A DNA stretch of 64,000 bases from a virus. Taxonomy: Duplodnaviria; Caudoviricetes. Shown piece by piece: positions 1 to 9,289 of this stretch (positions are counted from its first letter, which is position 1; every line of letters starts with the position of its first letter). The notes under the pieces are model-generated. The model did not search any database. It had not been told where the DNA came from and worked only from the letters and a program-made list of their open reading frames with translations. The position numbers and the translations under genes were made by a program. Where the stretch lies: the IMG/VR virus record IMGVR_UViG_3300031994_000067, positions 1 through 64,000 of that record; one strand, written 5' to 3'.

Positions 1-16
1 GCTAAATTGGTTTGTC

Positions 17-256
17 TTACCAGGCGACGTGTTTGACGTAGACGCCACCATCTTGATCGATGCGCGCCATAATTGTCACGTCGTGAACTGTGCCGATTGC
101 GAAGACTTTGTACACGCCGGGGACGCGAACAGGCGTGAGCATAGCGTCTGCCCAGTGAGGGTAGACTGCTTTTGCTACCGCCAAAACTTTCGCTTCGTCG
201 GTGTTTGCCATCTGCGCGACAGCTTCGCCGACCTTGTTTTCTTCGACATACGTCAT
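17..256 (-). CDS. Small early hypothetical protein
   Basis: ORF with AAGGAGG RBS before the ATG at 256, downstream of the TATATATTAT motif (342-351) and the conserved leader. Confidence 0.75.
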   Translation of the reverse strand: MTYVEENKVGEAVAQMANTDEAKVLAVAKAVYPHWADAMLTPVRVPGVYKVFAIGTVHDVTIMARIDQDGGVYVKHVAW

Positions 257-341
257 GATAAACATCCTCCTTAAAGATGTGTGGATCGTAGGTTTTCGTC
301 AATTTAGTACAAGAGATCCTACTAAACTCTCATACACCACG

Positions 342-351
342 ATAATATATA
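342..351 (-). promoter_or_regulatory. Putative early promoter TATATATTAT (one of 12 copies)
   Basis: Exact 10-mer in the sense orientation upstream of genes at 342, 8452, 10528, 12034, 24064, 24632, 28004, 49815, 52736, 58517, 59966 and 60516. Confidence 0.75.
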
Positions 352-424
352 TTCATAGGTGGGGGTAATGTCAGATTGTAAAATCGTCACAAAGGAGGGG
401 TTTCGAATCCCTCCTATAAAACGC

Positions 425-1600
425 TTATTGTTTGCTAACCTGCTGGATAGTGAATACCATAAACGAATACAGAGCTCGTCTGAAATTATTCAGTGTGCCT
501 ATTCGATTAGTTTTCTTATAGTGCGCCGAATATTTATTCAACCACTTATCCAGTATAACCTTGATTTTGATAACGTTCTCATTGGTAGTATTGGCTTGTC
601 CATATAACTCTCCACAGAAGAAATAGAAATCATTCGACCCTATCAACTCTTTACGGTGATGAGTTTCAAATATGAAGATATAGATCAGCGAAGAAACCAT
701 ATACTTTATATCCCCACGATTTTCGTTATCACCACAAAGATTTATCGCTGTATTACGAAGCTCATTTACACTAATGGCACAAGATTTGGCTGCCAAAGTA
801 ACCAATTTCATATCAGGTCCTTCCGTAGCCAATTTTAACACAACCGCATTAGCGATACGTTCGATGATAATTGAATCGTTTTCGGTCATTCTGAAATCAT
901 CCGGGTCATTAGAATCTTCGGTCTCGTTCATATAGGACCCCTTCTTCTCATTCTCATAGAATAAGATTGCAATTTTCTTAATAAGAGAATTCAGTCTGGT
1001 CTTATACGCATGAACATAATCCGTGATATCTTTATCAGTTCCTCGAATGATATTTTTCAGATAAGTCTGATTGCACAAGAAAGTCGTTTCCAATAAAGCG
1101 TGGTAGAAAGTTTCTGTGTTTCTAACCTTGAACTTATTTGACAAATTGGCGATGGTATAATCCATGACATTCTTATTTGGCTCATATTTGAAATATTTTG
1201 CGTGAAGGGTTGGATAGAATGATAAAGTGAAGTACGTTACCATCGCTTTCATCATTCGTTCATCTTTCTTGATAGCGAAATGTCTTATGCAGAAAACTGA
1301 TAATGAGTTAAAAGGGTTATTCATTATCTGCCACTGACCTTTGATATAAGTAGATTCTTTGAGAATCAATTTAACTTCTTCGGGATTTATTCCAAGGATA
1401 TTGTAGAACTTCGTATATTCATCGTCCATAAAGAATGTCCGATATACCGGACCTGATGTAGACAACTTAGCAACATTTTTGTCGATGTATTGACCGATGA
1501 GTTCTTCGAGGGCACTAACTGTTTTTGGGCTGCTAAGAGCAGCTCGAACTTTAGGCTCGAGTTTGTGCAAAAGCACTGAATTATCCGCCATTTCGTCCAT
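425..1600 (-). CDS. Hypothetical protein (391 aa), possibly virion-associated
   Basis: Long ORF with AGAAAGGA RBS; no motif recognised. Confidence 0.7.
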   Translation of the reverse strand: MDEMADNSVLLHKLEPKVRAALSSPKTVSALEELIGQYIDKNVAKLSTSGPVYRTFFMDDEYTKFYNILGINPEEVKLILKESTYIKGQWQIMNNPFNSLSVFCIRHFAIKKDERMMKAMVTYFTLSFYPTLHAKYFKYEPNKNVMDYTIANLSNKFKVRNTETFYHALLETTFLCNQTYLKNIIRGTDKDITDYVHAYKTRLNSLIKKIAILFYENEKKGSYMNETEDSNDPDDFRMTENDSIIIERIANAVVLKLATEGPDMKLVTLAAKSCAISVNELRNTAINLCGDNENRGDIKYMVSSLIYIFIFETHHRKELIGSNDFYFFCGELYGQANTTNENVIKIKVILDKWLNKYSAHYKKTNRIGTLNNFRRALYSFMVFTIQQVSKQ

Positions 1601-1671
1601 CCTTTCTATCGTTTGTTATCCATTTGTCTCGGGTCATCACAAAGCAATAAAAACAGAAAGGAGAATAACCG

Positions 1672-2826
1672 ATGTTATGGACTCCAACTCACAACTTCAA
1701 ACTTCCGAAACAACCAGTTATGGAAGAATACTACGGTACTCCAACAAATATCGCCAAAGCATTGATATACTTAACAAAAATCGTTGACGATATAAACAAA
1801 AGTACGGAACTCGAACTTATAAAAGCTGATTACATTAGCTGGAAAGAAAATCTTGAGATTCAAAAGCTCTTCGAAAGAGAGTTTGGATTTAAAGAACAAT
1901 ATATATACTGGTTAAACGAAACGGTTCCAAACGCATATACTATTGTAGGAGGAACTATCATCAACTCAAATCCTGGTATCACTTCAAACTTTTTTAAAGA
2001 CAAAAAAGCTAAATATTATGACAATCGACACAGTTATATCTGTAATGTAACTGTCATAACCGCTCTTGTCAAAAATATGCAGTTAACTCCTCGTGAAACA
2101 ATGGGAATAATACTCCACGAAATTGGTCACAATTTCGATAATTTGTGGACTACCGCGATTTCTTGGATTACTCATACATTGTTCGGCGGATTTCTCATTG
2201 GTGAAGTGTTAAGATATATATTTAGATGGGAACTTGAGGGCAAAGCGTTGATGCAAAAACATTTTCCAGTATTTTTCAGAGTGCTAGATTTGTTAACCAC
2301 TATGCCTTACCACCTTAACGTCATAAATGTTCCTAATATTACATTAATGAGAGAAATAATAGCAGGTGCTTTACCATTGAGTCTGATAACCGGAACCAGA
2401 TCGGAATACTTCGCAGATTCATTCGCTGCAAAGTATGGTTTCGGTCCTGATTTGGCGACTGCTACTGCAAAATTTAGCGATGCGAGAAAATCTGGTGGAT
2501 ATGCCAAAAGAGCAGTTTATCAAGTCCCAATTCTTAGGACAATGCTAGATATAGTTAACGGACCGATAGAACTCTTTTTACAAATATTCGACCCTCATCC
2601 AACTGATGAAAACCGTGTGTTGTCAATACGACAAAATCTAGTAAACGATCTGAATGATCCCGATGTACCAAAAAATTTCAAACCAGAAATACGCAGGCAA
2701 ATTGAAACTATTGATAATCGAATAAAAATGGATCAAGAAAATGCCATCGAATCTGGACTGTATTTTCAAGCTCTACGAAAATTTGTCACTTACAACTGTC
2801 CGCTCAAAGACTTCTACCACAGATAA
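1672..2826 (+). CDS. Zinc metallopeptidase-like protein (HExxH)
   Basis: IILHEIGH, downstream EYFADSFA and C-terminal DPHP, a pattern like M48-type peptidases; late-type promoter CACA-N6-TA at 1638-1649. Confidence 0.6.
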   Translation: MLWTPTHNFKLPKQPVMEEYYGTPTNIAKALIYLTKIVDDINKSTELELIKADYISWKENLEIQKLFEREFGFKEQYIYWLNETVPNAYTIVGGTIINSNPGITSNFFKDKKAKYYDNRHSYICNVTVITALVKNMQLTPRETMGIILHEIGHNFDNLWTTAISWITHTLFGGFLIGEVLRYIFRWELEGKALMQKHFPVFFRVLDLLTTMPYHLNVINVPNITLMREIIAGALPLSLITGTRSEYFADSFAAKYGFGPDLATATAKFSDARKSGGYAKRAVYQVPILRTMLDIVNGPIELFLQIFDPHPTDENRVLSIRQNLVNDLNDPDVPKNFKPEIRRQIETIDNRIKMDQENAIESGLYFQALRKFVTYNCPLKDFYHR

Positions 2827-2837
2827 ACAAAAAAAAC

Positions 2838-2869
2838 TAGGGTGCTGACATGATTTGGTCAGCACCCTA
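2838..2869. terminator. Bidirectional intrinsic terminator
   Basis: 12-bp stem TAGGGTGCTGAC/GTCAGCACCCTA between convergent genes, flanked by an A-tract. Confidence 0.7.
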
Positions 2870-2878
2870 TAACCGCGT

Positions 2879-5350
2879 TTATTTCTTGACGATTTTCACA
2901 ATGAGATCGCCTTTTTTGATCGGAATCAACTTATTGCCTTTACCCATTTTATACTGGGCTTCAACATCTATAATGTCGAATTCGAATGATCCTTCCTTCG
3001 TAACTGCAACGTATGTGTCTCTATCCGTGACTCCGTGTGCATACAGCATCATATCACCTTCACGCAAACCAGTAATGACATTGCTGTCTTTGTTACGGGC
3101 TTGACTATTGAGATTCTCGAGTTTGATTTTCTTAACATACCCTTTCATAGTCACAATCAGAAGGTATTCGTCTTTCGGTGACAAAATTACCGTATCGCGC
3201 ACATAATCGTTTTCATCAATCTCGATTGCCTTAACACCGATTGTATTCCTTGCTGTATCGGACACTGTGTCGGTGTGGTATCTAAGACCTTGACCCATAA
3301 ACGTAAATGTTATAATATCGCTGTCGTCATCGATATACTTGACAGAAATCAATGAGTCATCTTCGCGAATCTTTGCCCCGATGGAACTATTCTTCAATCC
3401 GACATATTCGCTGAATGCAGTCTTTTTAATGATACCACATTTGGTAGTAAACAAGAAGTATCCGTTGCTACCGGGTTTGAAATCAGGATGATACAACGAG
3501 CCATCTTCCCTGAGAATAAACACCGCAACTATAACCGCATTGTCAGATTTCGAGAATGTACTGATTGGATAACCGAGATGTGATAAATCGACACCTCGAA
3601 TTGTTTTTATCGGGATACAATGAACTCGTCCAATTGAATCAAAGACTAATAACGTATCGCGATTAAACACATTCACTTTGACTTCCATGGGAACATCATC
3701 GGCTGCTATTTTGCCTATATTCTTAACATTATTAGCGAGCTTCTTAATCATTCCTTTTGCGGTCACGATAATGGTGTGTTCAGTATTCGGAACGTAGCCT
3801 TTACCGGGAAGAGTTATGACTTTAGAACGTCTGGGTTCACCGTATTTCTCGATGCCTTCTCTTAACTCTTTAACGATGACTTTATCGATCTTCTTGGTAG
3901 TCTTAACCAAATCGATCAATTCTTCAATATCTTCAACGAGTTCGTCACGTTCTTTCTTGTATTTCTTCCGGATTCCTTTTACGTTTTCGTATTGTCGCAT
4001 ATTAGCAATCGCGTTCGCTTGAACTGTGTCGATATCATATTCAGAGATAAGATTCTGAATCAAATCATCGCGCGATTCGGAATCGCGAATTATCTTAATC
4101 GTTGTCGAATAATTGTCTTTGCTAAAGACCTCGAGCATCTCGTTTATTTGATGTACTCTAGCTTTCGATTCAACGATTTTGCGATGATAAAATCTGCGTT
4201 TGAAATCTCGTCTGTAAGCAATCCATTGTAACAAACACTGTTCGACAGAATACCGCTGAATACACAGGTCTGATGTGTTTTTGCTGTCGATTACAGCAAC
4301 CTGTGCTGAGAACGGTGCGCGCGTGCCGAGTTTTGTGCTATAAAGGAGTTCACGGACTTCGTCAAGGTTTACTTCAGGTTTGAAGCAAAGAGTTATCTTA
4401 ATAACCTCACCTTGACATTCGTTTTTCACCTTAGTGCAACCAACCAAAATTCCTTCTTCACGCATTTCATCGATTCCCTTAAAGAACGCTTCGGTGGTTC
4501 TCTGTGGAGGAAATGATTCTACTGTAAGCGTGTGAGCTTTTTCGTTTTTGGTTATAACTGATTGCATAGTAAAAGTATGAGACCGAACATCTTCATCCAA
4601 GAATCCTTCAAACTGCAATTTCTCGAATACTTCCGGCGAGTCAACGACGTAGCATCCGGTTGGAGAATCCGGAATCAAGTCTCTAAATCTCTTTTCCGGA
4701 TTCTGAATCAGATGTATTGTGTACTCCAGAATATCGTTAACGTTGTAAACCGGAATCTCTGTCGAATATCCCCAAGCTAATCCATCTCCACCATTGATAA
4801 ACAGATTTGGATATTTGGCTGGAAGATACAGTGGTTCGGTTCCATTATCGTCGAAGTTCGGTTTCATCTCAACCACCTTCTCATCGTAATCAGAGAAGAA
4901 GCAGTCGAGTGCATAATCCGACAAACGTGTTTTGAGATACCTAGCGTCCGCTTCTTTATCACCGAATCCAGCAGCAGAACCGTAATTCTCATCCAACGAG
5001 TCAATCATCGGAATCATTTTCTTCCAAGGTTGAGCCATCAAAATGATACAGTCGTAAATGCTGCTGTCACCATGTGGGTGAATCTTCATCGTTTCGGCAA
5101 TAGCGTTAGGCATCGTCGTAGGTTTTCCCTTAGCCGCTCGATAAATCGATGTAAGGGTTCTGCGAGCAACGGGTTTTAACCCGTCAATGATAAACGGAAG
5201 ATGACGAGCCATTACCATATTCGCACCATATATAGTTACGCGTTCTGTATTATACTCGCCAATGTTAACAGGAATGATTTTGGAAGATTTAGCGAAATCG
5301 CGCACATCTTTAACTCTTCCACCATTCCATTTAGTTCCGGATTTTTTCAC
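2879..5350 (-). CDS. gyrA: Type IIA topoisomerase (gyrase/topo IV) subunit A
   Basis: DGLKPVARR, HPHGDSSIY, catalytic ARYL and C-terminal pinwheel-like repeats. Confidence 0.93.
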   Translation of the reverse strand: MKKSGTKWNGGRVKDVRDFAKSSKIIPVNIGEYNTERVTIYGANMVMARHLPFIIDGLKPVARRTLTSIYRAAKGKPTTMPNAIAETMKIHPHGDSSIYDCIILMAQPWKKMIPMIDSLDENYGSAAGFGDKEADARYLKTRLSDYALDCFFSDYDEKVVEMKPNFDDNGTEPLYLPAKYPNLFINGGDGLAWGYSTEIPVYNVNDILEYTIHLIQNPEKRFRDLIPDSPTGCYVVDSPEVFEKLQFEGFLDEDVRSHTFTMQSVITKNEKAHTLTVESFPPQRTTEAFFKGIDEMREEGILVGCTKVKNECQGEVIKITLCFKPEVNLDEVRELLYSTKLGTRAPFSAQVAVIDSKNTSDLCIQRYSVEQCLLQWIAYRRDFKRRFYHRKIVESKARVHQINEMLEVFSKDNYSTTIKIIRDSESRDDLIQNLISEYDIDTVQANAIANMRQYENVKGIRKKYKKERDELVEDIEELIDLVKTTKKIDKVIVKELREGIEKYGEPRRSKVITLPGKGYVPNTEHTIIVTAKGMIKKLANNVKNIGKIAADDVPMEVKVNVFNRDTLLVFDSIGRVHCIPIKTIRGVDLSHLGYPISTFSKSDNAVIVAVFILREDGSLYHPDFKPGSNGYFLFTTKCGIIKKTAFSEYVGLKNSSIGAKIREDDSLISVKYIDDDSDIITFTFMGQGLRYHTDTVSDTARNTIGVKAIEIDENDYVRDTVILSPKDEYLLIVTMKGYVKKIKLENLNSQARNKDSNVITGLREGDMMLYAHGVTDRDTYVAVTKEGSFEFDIIDVEAQYKMGKGNKLIPIKKGDLIVKIVKK

Positions 5351-5361
5351 CTAACCACCTC

Positions 5362-7716
5362 CTATGAATCGATGTCGTCTTTATCGAGTTTGTATGTTTG
5401 TAAGAGGTCACGTCGCAAACTAGCGTCTGGTCCATGAAGTATCCTCATCATTTCCATATCTCGCTCGATGTCGTTAACGGTGAGTTGAATGAGTGAGCGT
5501 TTAATCGGATTCATCACGATATCCCAGAAAATCTTCGGAGGAATCGAACCCAACCCTTTCCAGCGGTGTTTTATCTCCAAATCATATTTACGGAGATTTC
5601 TGAGAATTGCACCAAGCGAAATATCCCGAATCCAAGTATCCGAATCGTTGTCTTTGTAGTCGAAGTAAATATTGTGGTTATTTTCCAAATAAGCGTCTGT
5701 AAGTTTACCAGACTTCGCTTCAAAGATGTCGTCGTGCATCAAGAACTGATATGCGCCTTTATAACTTCCATAGAACACAATACTCTTATCATTTTGCTCT
5801 TCGACTTTCATTTCTGGAAACGTTTTACGAAAATCCGCTATCGGATCTAATCCATCCATATGACCAACGATGAACTCGATTATATCCGGATGAACGAACT
5901 CGTGAGTATACAATTCTTTCAGAATATCCTCGTAGTTCTTGTTCTTAATCAGGAAATCGCTCATCTCTTTCGGTGTCATAATATGACCAGACCTTGTACG
6001 AATCTGAGCTTTCTTTACATAGCTCTTGACTTTCTCTTCGAAAAGTGCTGATTTAGATACGAGATAATCGAAATTTCCGTTACCTCTATCAATCATGTAT
6101 AACGGAGTTAATGCGACGTAAAGCATTCCCGCGTTAACAACTTCAGGCCAATGAAACAGAAAGAACGACGCAATACCGGAACTGATCTTCCAACCATCTA
6201 TATCGGCATCAGTCGAGATAATGTATCTTTTGTAACGGGATTTACGAATATCGAAATCTTTCCCGATACCTAAACCCGATACCTTTACCAATGTGGCATA
6301 TTCCGGATTTTGCATAATTTGTGCAGGAGACATGAACAACGCATTCGCTGTCACGCCTTTGAACGAAAGGGCAGCTTGAAATCTTGGATCTCTAGCTTTC
6401 ATTATGGAACCTTTAGCCGAAAGTCCCTCGATTAAGTAAAGCTCATTATAGTTGCTATCTTCTGTCGCATCGGAAAAGTTAGCCATCTTGTTTGACTTAA
6501 ACGAATCAATTCCGTGCATATCAGACTTTCTGATTTTAACAACATCCAATCTGGATTTAGCAACTTTCTTAAGATACCCTGCGATTTTAGCCACGACTTT
6601 GGGATGAACTTCGAGATATTCGGCAAGTTCTTTACCAATCATCGAACGTATCGGACTGAAGAGAGCCTTGTTTCCACATTTCTCTTTCTGCTGCCCGGCA
6701 TATCCCGGATACCGACACGAAAGATTTACGACCATTACCAAACCGGAACGACAATCATCATACGTTACCTCAAACTTCTTCTTATCGGTTGCGTTCAAAG
6801 TATCATTGACGAATTTGCTGAGAATCGAACCAATCGCAAGTCTTGCGCCAAGAACATGCTGACCACCTTCAATGGTATTAACACGGTTGACGAACGAGTC
6901 GCTTGTTTCTTCGATTTTCGTCGGGTCGAATGTAAATGCGACTTGAATCAAACCTATTTCGTCAGCTTTGCTAGAAGCTTCCAGAACTATCGGCTTAAAC
7001 AAGGTTTCTTCAGCTAACGACTCAGTATATTCGACAATACCGTTCTTATGTTTGAACTTGTATTTTTCCGGTGTGTCAGAACCTTTGCGAATGATTGTTA
7101 CATTGATAGGAATATCTTCCGTAATGTAAGACAATTTCTGCAGCCATTCGAGCAATGCGTCTGGGTCGATTTTGCAACTACCGAGAATCTCTTCAGACGG
7201 AATCATTGTAATTCTAGTGCCGTGCTTAACCTTCTTCGATTCAAATATCTTCTGTCCGAGAAATTTACCTTCGGAAAATTCGAATACGCCCTTTTCCGAT
7301 TTATCTTCAGATATCTGACGATGGATCGTAAACTTGAGATAATGCGACAAAGCATTTACGCAACACAATCCGACACCATTCTCACCAGCACTATTATCGC
7401 CGTTATCACGGTCAAATTTAGAGCCCGACTGAATCGTCGTAGAAACCATCACGACTTGTTCAAACGGTAAGCCGCGACCATTATCTGCTACTTCAATCAG
7501 GTTTTTGTTTTCGTCGAAAAGAACTTCGCAAGAATCACCTGGAGATTCAGGATTATTGTTTTCATCGAAGACGTTATCGATCAACTCTTGCACAAGATGT
7601 TTTGCTCCATCTGGTCCCTTGTAAGGGATATACATTCCAGTCTTTCTACGAATCTTCTCAACGTCGTCTTCAATATGACTGAAGACATCATCTTTGAAAA
7701 TTGATTTCTCTGCCAA
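5362..7716 (-). CDS. gyrB: Type IIA topoisomerase subunit B
   Basis: GHKL ATPase motifs (ELIDNVFDE, DNGRG, AGENGVG) and TOPRIM motifs (IEGLSA, TDADIDG, KGLG); TTG start. Confidence 0.93.
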   Translation of the reverse strand: MAEKSIFKDDVFSHIEDDVEKIRRKTGMYIPYKGPDGAKHLVQELIDNVFDENNNPESPGDSCEVLFDENKNLIEVADNGRGLPFEQVVMVSTTIQSGSKFDRDNGDNSAGENGVGLCCVNALSHYLKFTIHRQISEDKSEKGVFEFSEGKFLGQKIFESKKVKHGTRITMIPSEEILGSCKIDPDALLEWLQKLSYITEDIPINVTIIRKGSDTPEKYKFKHKNGIVEYTESLAEETLFKPIVLEASSKADEIGLIQVAFTFDPTKIEETSDSFVNRVNTIEGGQHVLGARLAIGSILSKFVNDTLNATDKKKFEVTYDDCRSGLVMVVNLSCRYPGYAGQQKEKCGNKALFSPIRSMIGKELAEYLEVHPKVVAKIAGYLKKVAKSRLDVVKIRKSDMHGIDSFKSNKMANFSDATEDSNYNELYLIEGLSAKGSIMKARDPRFQAALSFKGVTANALFMSPAQIMQNPEYATLVKVSGLGIGKDFDIRKSRYKRYIISTDADIDGWKISSGIASFFLFHWPEVVNAGMLYVALTPLYMIDRGNGNFDYLVSKSALFEEKVKSYVKKAQIRTRSGHIMTPKEMSDFLIKNKNYEDILKELYTHEFVHPDIIEFIVGHMDGLDPIADFRKTFPEMKVEEQNDKSIVFYGSYKGAYQFLMHDDIFEAKSGKLTDAYLENNHNIYFDYKDNDSDTWIRDISLGAILRNLRKYDLEIKHRWKGLGSIPPKIFWDIVMNPIKRSLIQLTVNDIERDMEMMRILHGPDASLRRDLLQTYKLDKDDIDS

Positions 7717-7773
7717 CTGCTACTCACATCCTTTCTTTAATCGCACGTCAAGCAGATTGTAATATACAAAAAA

Positions 7774-7844
7774 GCTAGAGTCGAAAGCGTGTAAGGAAGC
7801 CCACCGAGATAAACCCGGTGGGCTCCTTTTACGCTTACTCTAGC
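7774..7844. terminator. Long interrupted hairpin, probable terminator
   Basis: Nested stems GCTAGAG/CTCTAGC, AAGCGT/ACGCTT and AGCCCACCG/CGGTGGGCT. Confidence 0.55.
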
Positions 7845-7874
7845 ACATTCGTCGGCGCCGAGGAACAGGCTAGT

Positions 7875-8402
7875 TTACCATTTCTTGTCTTTCTTGCCGC
7901 CGCGACCCTTGCGGTCAAATGCCAGTGAATCCAAACCGATTTTGATTTCCCTCTTGCGCGCTTTTTCTTTGTCCTTCTTGTCTTTGCCGTGTGTCAGGAA
8001 TGCGCGCATGAATTCCTCGATGTTCGGCAATTGGAAACACATTTGCGCAGCAAAATCGCTGATTGCGCGCGACTTCTTCGAGTCCATATCGAGACCTGCA
8101 CGCTGCTTCAAAATTTCGCACGCATTCTTGACGGTTTCAATCGCTTCGCCGAGATTATCGAGACCTTCTTCAGGTTTTTCCTGTGAGAACATGCTGAGGT
8201 CAACTTCGGTACCGCAACGCGAGCATTTGTAAACGTGAGGTCTGCCGGTAGGTTGAAGCCGAGTTTTGCCGGACTTTTTGATGTGCTTGCAGTCGGCACG
8301 CATTTTGCGCTTCTTCAGCTTAACCTTCTTTTCCTCTTGCAGAAGATCGAGCATCTCGTCATCGAGCCCGTCCTTCTTTTTCTTATTTTTGTCTTTGCTC
8401 AT
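7875..8402 (-). CDS. Lys-rich early protein with a Cys/His (Zn-binding-like) motif
   Basis: GGAGG RBS; C-x2-H and C-x2-C residues; TATATATTAT at 8452-8461. Confidence 0.7.
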   Translation of the reverse strand: MSKDKNKKKKDGLDDEMLDLLQEEKKVKLKKRKMRADCKHIKKSGKTRLQPTGRPHVYKCSRCGTEVDLSMFSQEKPEEGLDNLGEAIETVKNACEILKQRAGLDMDSKKSRAISDFAAQMCFQLPNIEEFMRAFLTHGKDKKDKEKARKREIKIGLDSLAFDRKGRGGKKDKKW

Positions 8403-8474
8403 AGTTTTTGCCTCCTTCAAATGAGCACACAAGTTAACGTCATACGGGAGAATAATATATACTTCAAACTGTGT

Positions 8475-8768
8475 TTAAACATCGGTGCGATAATACTTCT
8501 TATCTTCTTCCTTTTCGACAAACACAATCGATTGAAGATTCTCATTCTCCTCGACACTATATTGAGGTGTGTACTGTTTGTTAATTGTAAACGGTTGCTG
8601 TTTCTTGTAGAAAATCCAAACGTCATCTTCTTCGTCCCATTTAACTTGTTCTTCCCAGGGGATTCCATATTTAATGTAGAAAAACTTACCGGAGTCAAAG
8701 ATGAATTGAATAACGTTTTTCATTCCGCCTCGTTTATCTATTTGACGAAGCCAGTTCTGCATTTCCAT
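8475..8768 (-). CDS. Hypothetical protein, tandem paralog 2
   Basis: 97 aa, aligns by eye without gaps to 8771-9064 (NWL..I.KRGG..N..QFIFD; DEEDDVWIFY; QPFTIN; LQSI.FVEK.EDK.YYR.DV). Confidence 0.8.
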   Translation of the reverse strand: MEMQNWLRQIDKRGGMKNVIQFIFDSGKFFYIKYGIPWEEQVKWDEEDDVWIFYKKQQPFTINKQYTPQYSVEENENLQSIVFVEKEEDKKYYRTDV

Positions 8769-8770
8769 GG

Positions 8771-9064
8771 CTACACGTCCCCTCGATAATAACGTTTGTC
8801 TTCAACCTTCTCAACGAAGATTATAGACTGCAAACCCTCATTAGCTTCGACGTGAATATCAGGGACACGTTTGCCATTAATAGTAAACGGTTGCTCCTTA
8901 TTATAGAAAATCCAAACGTCATCTTCTTCATCAACTTCGAATTGTTCTTCTATAGGAACATCCGGTTTGACATAATGGAAACGAGAGTTATCGAAGATAA
9001 ACTGTACGATGTTCTGCTTACCGCCACGCTTTTCAATGTGGTTAAGCCAATTCGCCATATCCAT
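8771..9064 (-). CDS. Hypothetical protein, tandem paralog 1
   Basis: 97 aa paralog of 8475-8768. Confidence 0.8.
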   Translation of the reverse strand: MDMANWLNHIEKRGGKQNIVQFIFDNSRFHYVKPDVPIEEQFEVDEEDDVWIFYNKEQPFTINGKRVPDIHVEANEGLQSIIFVEKVEDKRYYRGDV

Positions 9065-9276
9065 CAGCGTTTCCTCCTTTTCTTCGATTTTTTCTTACCA
9101 CCATGAGTAAATCCAAAACGCTCTCTGATAATTCTGACTTGGTCTTCAAGAATTTCTTTAGCGAATCTTGCTCTACGACGCTTATTAACAGACTTACCAG
9201 TAGAGACATTGGAATCTCTATAATTGTTTGTATAGGAACGCCTAGAACATAATTCAGAACCGAACTTCAAATCCAT
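9064..9276 (-). CDS. Small basic protein
   Basis: AAGGAG RBS before the ATG at 9276; Arg/Lys-rich. Confidence 0.6.
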   Translation of the reverse strand: MDLKFGSELCSRRSYTNNYRDSNVSTGKSVNKRRRARFAKEILEDQVRIIRERFGFTHGGKKKSKKRRKR

Positions 9277-9289
9277 TTCGATTCTCCTT

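Noticed and set aside
6420-6445. GyrB TOPRIM motif EGLSA instead of EGDSA
   Set aside because: The catalytic Glu and DxD are intact; this is within the variation expected of divergent phage topoisomerases.
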